Shown here one piece after another: positions 58,201-64,000 of a stretch of 64,000 nucleotides of DNA; the first letter of the stretch is position 1; every line of letters begins with the position of its first letter. Source of the DNA: Bugula neritina (Eukaryota; Animalia; Bryozoa); assembly GCA_964035545.1 (NCBI GenBank), contig OZ037767.1, positions 7,636,581-7,700,580 of the forward strand, read 5' to 3'. Both the position numbers and the translations under genes were made by a program. Below the pieces are notes generated by a model, which saw only the letters and a program-made list of their open reading frames with translations, did no database searches and had not been told where the DNA came from.

Positions 58201-61200
58201 TTGAAGAACCAACTCAAATAATGCTCGCTAATAGCAGAGTCAGTCAGTGATTGGCTGATTGCTGAAGTTGAGCGTTCAGCGTGTGACATGTTGAAATTTC
58301 ATAGCATCGCAAAAAAAACTGATAGTTGCATTCAGAAATCAGACAGTTGTGACTTCACAGAGGTCAACGCTTAGCCTCGAAAATAGTTCCCAGTTGTGTT
58401 TCGACTGCAGTGTGGCAGTCCCATAACTGTTCAATTAAAATTGAAAGAAATTCAACAGCTATAGCCACATTTACCCCATCACCATGATTACTCATAAGGG
58501 GAAATTTTTTTGCTGAGGCATGGGCCAAACCTTGCCCTACAGTGTGCTAGCCAATACCCAACCTTTGGACCACACAGGCTTTGCCACAAGCATAGCACTA
58601 TATAAGTAATTTTCAATATATAAATATCTGGAGACACAGATGGGTATATAATTATTAGGTTATAATATGTTGATTAGCAGTGGATAGCTGCTGATAATCT
58701 TGAATAATTAACCCAAAAGTTGAAAAATAAGTAGCCGGTATATTACTATTTCCGATCTATTGTTGTAACTATAGTTACAACAATAGGTCGGAAATGGACC
58801 AGTATATAGCATGCTCTTGTCTATTAGAGTTTGCAGTTGTTCCCCAAAATATAAATTAAACTGTATGCTATCACATAAGCTTATGCATGCAAAATGTGCG
58901 TGATGACAATACTAAGTTTGAGGAAAACAAAATACTTGGAGTAAACTTTGACAATAGTGTGTTATTTTCTTCATACAATAGCACTCGTTATAGGACCTAT
59001 ACTCTATAGCATGAGTCTCTATTCATATGAATTTTTATGAAGCCCACAGCTCATGTAAGGGTGGCAATGCAATTTGAAACTAAAAGTTATGTTGCTGCAT
59101 TGTGTTTAAGGTATATTATGGAGAAAAATTTAGTTTTGGTAGCCTACCCCAACGGCATTCTAGAATGCAGCTCATATGCTAGCAGTTGTAATGAGTACTT
59201 ATAATGGCAAGGTTACTATCATGGCTAGCTCTTTGTAGTATGTAACCTCTTGAATAAATGCGCCAATTTTGAACTCTTATGGAAGTTTTCCAAGTTATCA
59301 TATCGCAGCCAGCCACCAGAAACAAAGCATCACAGTTATTCATAAGATATACTCATGCACTTGGTAGCAGATTGACTGATCAAGTAATATTTTATAGTTC
59401 AACACCCTTTACTTGGGAAATACAGCCTTTTTAGGTTTACCTAACAAACCATGGAAATATCAAAACTAATATTCTGATAATTCAGAGGTACATTTTGGAA
59501 ACTAGGTTAATTGCAATTGTTTGCACAATTACAATAATAAAATGTATATTATGCAATATGATAAAAAACAGATAATATTATATAATATATTATAATAATA
59601 ATAAAATAATATTGTAGGTACCATGACTGCATTTTATAACTCGGATGGTTGCCAAAGAAATCTGTTATACCTATTCTGTAATTACATCAAAAGTTATGAT
59701 AAGAAAGTAGAACTAGCTAGGCAGCAGGTCAAAATAAAGCAGATTTCTAAAACACGACAACATGATTTGACAATTGTTTTATTTAGGCTAACCAACCTAG
59801 GAATACAAGATTGGGTTTTAGCCGACAGGTTATAGCGTGTAACTTTTGAGCTAGCAGCACTGGCACTTGTAACGTATAAGCAAAGTTAGTGAAGTGAGAC
59901 TAACAAGCACTCGACTACAGTATATTGAGATACAATAACAAGTCAGGAGCCTATAAATTAAAAAGAATGTGCAAGGGGGGCTATGTTTCTCAACAAGCTA
60001 TAACTTAAACATGAATTGGGTTTTGGAAAAAATTAAAAAAGTATATTGGAGAACATAGGTTTCTTTATTCTTTCATATGTATTTTGTTGCTCTGACATTC
60101 AACCTATTCGAGCTATCAGTGGAACATTGTTCATATAAAGGGTAAAGCACCTGGCAAAGAGCCAGAAACTGAAAAGCATAACCTTAAACTAACTATGATT
60201 TTCTTTTTTTATATATAATATTTCGTTCTTGTTTTGGGCTGATGCTTTATAGCAGGTGAATATGTCTGTCGATAGGTCGGGGCAGTGCAATGATTTGTGT
60301 AGAGGTATTTTTAATATTTCGAAAGGACAACTCCCCTGCTACTCCTCTATTATCGTCATACGTACAAAAACCCTCGTTTATCAAGCTTGCTAGTAATTGC
60401 CTTCTAGGCTACTAACATGCCCTATGAACGATGGAAGCAGCTTAGTAATTAGAGCTCACAGCTATCATGCTGAGATAGCCAGCAATCAGACAGCAGGATA
60501 GCTATAGTTAGGTTGTACATATTGTCTGCAGTTATGTAAGTGTTTTTCTGATGTATAGTTTTACTCCTGTATATTGGAATTATTTAAAGCATATAATTAA
60601 CTTTAACTTGGCATAGTGGCATTGGTTTAAATAACTTGACAATTAGTGAATGCACAGTTTCACAACAATACTGCTTTGTTATATTATTGCGCTGTTGAAT
60701 GTGGATTATTATGTGATTTCAAATTTCACCAGCCTAATTAGGCATGATAAAAGAATAAATCCCATTCCAATTGGTAAAAATTGAATAGTTTCTATACGTC
60801 CTACATAGAGAGCTTTAAGACTAGAGCCCGCAAAATATAAAACAATATAAAATGGTAATCTGCATAAATTTCCACCTAGTAATCTGCATGAGTTGCTATA
60901 TACTTGTTCAACTGTGAATAATGCCAACGCATACCATTGCTTTGTTGTATTTCTACAAACATTTGAGCAGTGCTTTTATTATTTACTAGTTTCTAGAAAT
61001 AATTTTTTTTTACAAAATTAACTGTACGGCATGGTGATATTTCTCACAATTGGAAATATTTTGAGAAATTAGAATTATATTTCTATGTTTACCAATAAAA
61101 CTAATTGATACAATATTTTATATTTTGAAACATCCATTTGTATACAAATTGATTCTCTGTGTTAGATTACTGCCAGCAGTTATAAAATTGTTCACAAAGC

Positions 61201-62767
61201 TACTAAGCTTACCTACATTGGTTCAATTGCTCAACACAATGTTCACATTGTGGTAAACTTTCTAGTTACTGACACATCTCATTACATGAATTCTATACCA
61301 AGAAGAAGAAATAATCTGATAAACTGCACAACTTACAGTCCTGTTCATACACTTCTACTTCAGCCAATGAAAGAGGTTCTGTGTGAATACTGTATACAGC
61401 CACATGTCTAACAAGAACATCAGCTTCTAATATAACATTTGCTTCAGCTCCATACTGTTTATCTCTGTATGATCTGATCATCCATTCACTGTCCTTGGCT
61501 AGAGTCGGCTCCCCTGGGGTATCTTCCGGAGATGTGAGGATGTAAATCTTCTGAAGCCTGTGACCTAAAGTTATAAAAATGATCTCATAGCACTTGTGTA
61601 TAACATGCTTAAAGGGTAAACAAAGCTTCATTTGGCAAAATTGAAATTGTTGCAACACACAACTTGTTACCTTAACAGATTAAACTAAAATTTGCTTTAA
61701 TGAAAATCACACAGTAGTAACATATTATACTTTCTTGATATACTTATATACATACACTGGTAGCAGTTATTATTCTGTCTGTTCCATATATTGATCCTGC
61801 TGACATGAAACTTCTTCTCCAAATCTACCATCCACCATTTCTCAACAGGCACGCGTAAAGTGTGAGTGAAATCATCAATTTTTCCATTAACCGCATTTTT
61901 TGCCTCATACTGTCCATACATGTTTGATTGTTGACATGGTTTGTTTAGAGCTAAATTATCTACAAATAGATTCTACTAGAATACTAATTCTGATCAGAAA
62001 CTGTTTCATATAATGCACCAATATTTTATAGAATGTCTGAAGAGACAATCCTCTTATATAAAAACTTATATCTGAAGGTGCAACAAGCTAATTTTATTCT
62101 GCTGTGGTAAGTAGTATATAAGGAAGCAAACTAGGCACATTAATTAATGCTACTTGTATTACTAGAATAACAGTGAGATTTACTAAAAAAATTAGATGCG
62201 CAGCAGTTTAGCGTCAACCTGCAGTAGCTTCTATGACTTTTTAATGAAGAAATTGCTTGAAACAATCTATAAAATATTTTAATATAGTATATATAGGGTT
62301 AAAGGTTGACATAGTTAAGACTCGTAGAATTTGTACTCAATTTGAGAGAATGCTTAGTGATGCTACCAGCAATACACATTAATTAATAAAATATGTTTTG
62401 CACAAAACAATTGCGTTTTCTGTCTCAAACATAGCTTTTTACTTAATTCATTAAAAAAAAAATTCAAGAACGCATACTTGTTTATATACTGCAAGTTATA
62501 AAATATTTGAAAAAGTTAGTAGCAACTCAATTAGTATTTTGTATGTACTGACACTGGTGCAACCACTCATCAGTATTTAACAAACTACAGCCTAACTGAC
62601 TCGTTTATTACACCTAAATAACTACACATAATTTTATAATGAAGCACTCAATTATAAAAAGAAATGCCTAAAACACTGTACCATGCATTACCTTGAGCAG
62701 TGCTGACTGAAAGACATACTGAGTAAATAACAATCAGCAACCAGAATCTTTCTACACCAACCTTCAT
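36075..62767 (-). CDS. Receptor gene copy B (complete, ~1294 aa): signal peptide, 3x F-type lectin, 5x FN3, RPTP-like domain with furin site, Sushi/CCP, TM, Tyr-motif cytoplasmic tail
   Basis: Exons (GT-AG, phase-compatible, total 3885 nt): 62692-62767, 61756-61959, 61337-61564, 51741-51965, 48150-48377, 46501-46728, 45357-45593, 44634-44781, 44300-44487, 43899-43993, 42634-42838, 41445-41548, 41183-41351, 40732-40826, 40394-40592, 40092-40198, 39648-39840, 38645-38738, 37498-37783, 37143-37194, 36687-36893, 36075-36391 (stop). Confidence 0.88.
36687..36893 (-). CDS. Copy B Sushi/CCP domain exon (phase 1-1)
   Basis: CSNPP..YECEKG..C..WSGEPLIC: four Cys plus Trp/Pro CCP pattern; 207-nt symmetric exon. 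Confidence 0.85.
37143..44781 (-). CDS. Copy B exons 8-20: five FN3 repeats plus RPTP-type membrane-proximal domain
   Basis: Paralogous to 1412-8601; retains RSKR and YITAE..FAVGDG.SYNGYKN. Confidence 0.82.
39189..39407 (+). mobile_element. tRNA-derived SINE, copy B only
   Basis: A-box-like TGGTCTAGGGGTTAG, degenerate B-box GGTTAGAG; flanked by 11-bp TSD TTATAGTGTTT; empty site in copy A at ~3470. Confidence 0.65.
42312..42598. mobile_element. Solo LTR (TGTTGA..TCAACA), 5-bp TSD CATAT
   Basis: Absent at the paralogous site in copy A (~6130); same family as 47292-47551 in opposite orientation. Confidence 0.8.
43221..43325. repeat. (CA)n/(CACGCA)n microsatellite within a local intronic tandem duplication (~42950-43700)
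   Basis: Visible directly; the flanking block (ttacagtgg..gtcaaac..tatactg..cagtaaa) occurs twice. Confidence 0.9.
45357..46728 (-). CDS. Copy B exons 6-7: F-type lectin domain 3
   Basis: ORFs 46463..46795 and 45193..45576; splice sites match copy A. Confidence 0.85.
47292..47551. mobile_element. Solo LTR (TGTTGA..TCAACA), 5-bp TSD GATCT
   Basis: Empty site ggatct at ~11651 in copy A. Confidence 0.8.
48150..51965 (-). CDS. Copy B exons 4-5: F-type lectin domain 2
   Basis: ORFs 51613..51990 and 48070..48402; splice sites match copy A. Confidence 0.85.
49726..50644. mobile_element. Shorter member of the 32151-33469 DNA transposon family
   Basis: Same TIRs, TA flanks, colinear internal sequence with a deletion. 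Confidence 0.85.
52710..52930 (+). mobile_element. LINE endonuclease fragment, paralogue of 20530-20760, truncated
   Basis: LICVTESWLT..FRVDR; colinear with copy A up to ggcat. Confidence 0.65.
53091..53903 (-). CDS. Retroelement-borne C2H2 zinc-finger + coiled-coil ORF (probably a frameshifted continuation of 53561..54796)
   Basis: CHQCQKKFSSARRLRVHALQH is a canonical C2H2 finger; second finger CRC..LRHQRISRC; C-terminal heptads LDEEVRHLHRRLRRYEEELGQLRRRMSRL; homologues in G1 and G2. Confidence 0.7.
   Translation of the reverse strand: MCSSSISGPDPKPVELQLAAGEEQGILHGDHPAGEEDDSPKLALPRALVARQYWIFGATNLKIGQACGEPGNCICHQCQKKFSSARRLRVHALQHYINVFCRCGEFSYQRDYVLRHQRISRCNTGYTVAVDQATFPEVRDLVLPHVADPHKQAALALGFPACRPVQEKVGESVATSQPAATHSFRIVLALVESGARADFSDLGPRPSPTSEKQRRRTSHGATDRPRRQTAAQLDEEVRHLHRRLRRYEEELGQLRRRMSRLERSQAGDRQ
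57570..57716. repeat. Multi-hairpin palindromic array with terminal inverted repeat, inside the G4 LTR
   Basis: cctttgttgccga..tcggcacttc ... gaagtgccgatctcggcaaccaagg, then (CA)n. Confidence 0.8.
61337..61959 (-). CDS. Copy B exons 2-3: F-type lectin domain 1
   Basis: DNLALNKPCQQS..FTHT..WWMVDL..NRQNNNCYQCHRL..LSLAEVEVY. Confidence 0.88.
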
Positions 62768-64000
62768 TCTCCCATCTGTACTCTGTTAACATTCAGTGTA
62801 AAATAAACTAACAGAGAAAGAAGAAGGAAGTTAATCTGTAAAAACATTTACGTAAGTAAATCTATTTATTACATTCCTACATAATAAAGGGGGTGTTGTA
62901 TTTAACCATTGTTACAAAGCAAGAATATCTTTAAATAGCTAAAAGGTTTTTGAATGCACTAAGCTCATTCGTTCATTTACTACTCAATTGTATGAGTCGC
63001 CTGTATTAAATAAATACAATCTTCACAATTCTATACAATCACTTTCTCTTTTATTTCTAAACTTGCTTTCTTTTATAATGCATGCAAGCTTAGTAACTCA
63101 AGCATAATATGTGTCAACTAACTAAAACAAGTTTTTGTAGCTATAGTGTTGTTTCACATGAAATAGAGTCTACAACAGTAGAATCTAAACTAACTATTGA
63201 TTTCCAGGATTCACCAATACCATATATTTACCCAAATACTCTAATTCATGACTGCTGAGTGAAGTTATTCTGTTTTTTTCAAAAGTACACTGATGTTTAG
63301 AGTATTAAAAAAACTTCTTGGCATCTCATTACTACAGTAGCTCTAGTAAAAATAGTTTTGAAATGCCTCAACATTAAACGCACAAAACACCAATGACCTC
63401 ATTGACCCCAATAAAGTTCCTGTTTATGCTTGCATGGGGGACATTACTCATCTACCTTGCACTGATTGTTAAATCTGTGGTTGTCAGAGTGGTTTGGGTG
63501 ACTAGCCCATATTTTTGCCCCACAATTTCCGCCAACGTTGATGTGGTGAGGTGATGCAGTAAATGTTCAAATATACTAAAAACTAAATGAAACCATATAA
63601 CAGTATGTGAACACATGTTAACAAAACTAATAGCAGTGTCATTTTGTTTTTGCTGTTACGGCGTAAGATACGGTAAGTGTGAATGAGGGGTGAGTGTGCC
63701 CAGGGGTGCTACCGCAATCAATTAAAACTAATTAGTTTTGTACAATAATATACAAGCTCAATAAAAAATTCTAAGGAACGTCTCACTTGCAAATAATTTT
63801 CTATTTGACATATATTTTCATGCGGCTAACCAAACGCAAAAGTTTGTTGACATTATGAATTGATATGTTCTCTGAGGAAGAGATGTGTGTGCGTGTGTGT
63901 GTGTGTGTGCGTGTACATGTGTGCGTGTTATTTGTAGTCTTCAATGCAAAGATGCTTAATGACCATTGAAGCGTGGAAAGACAAGGGTATATAGTTTAAC

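Larger units (their letters stand above)
37143..64000 (+). repeat. Tandem segmental duplication, second unit (paralogous to ~1412-34190)
   Basis: Colinear exons, introns and upstream flank; the window end (gcgtggaaagacaagg..tagtttaac) matches ~34160-34189. Confidence 0.92.

Overview
AT-rich, intron-containing animal (invertebrate) DNA; the species cannot be identified from sequence alone. The window holds a ~31-kb tandem segmental duplication with two minus-strand multi-exon genes that I assembled by hand from GT-AG boundaries and intron phases. Both encode signal peptide + 3 F-type lectin (fucolectin, F5/8C-fold) domains + 5 FN3 repeats + an RPTP-type membrane-proximal FN3-like domain with an RSKR furin site. 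Their C-termini are unrelated. Copy B (62767-36075, ~1294 aa, complete) adds a Sushi/CCP domain, a TM helix and a short tyrosine-motif tail containing an ITIM. Copy A (31676-1180, 3' end not found in the window) has a Gly-zipper TM and splices onward. Differences between the copies appear to cluster in the lectin ligand-binding loops, suggesting a paired recognition-receptor system. The introns hold: a family of tRNA-Leu-primed Gypsy LTR elements carrying an extra C2H2-zinc-finger/coiled-coil coding region after integrase; a ~271-nt structured repeat with a minimal hammerhead ribozyme (retrozyme/Penelope-like) inside (TA)n; a deletion junction sealed by two abutting snap-back hairpins; twin inverted MITEs; solo LTRs; a SINE; and LINE fragments.
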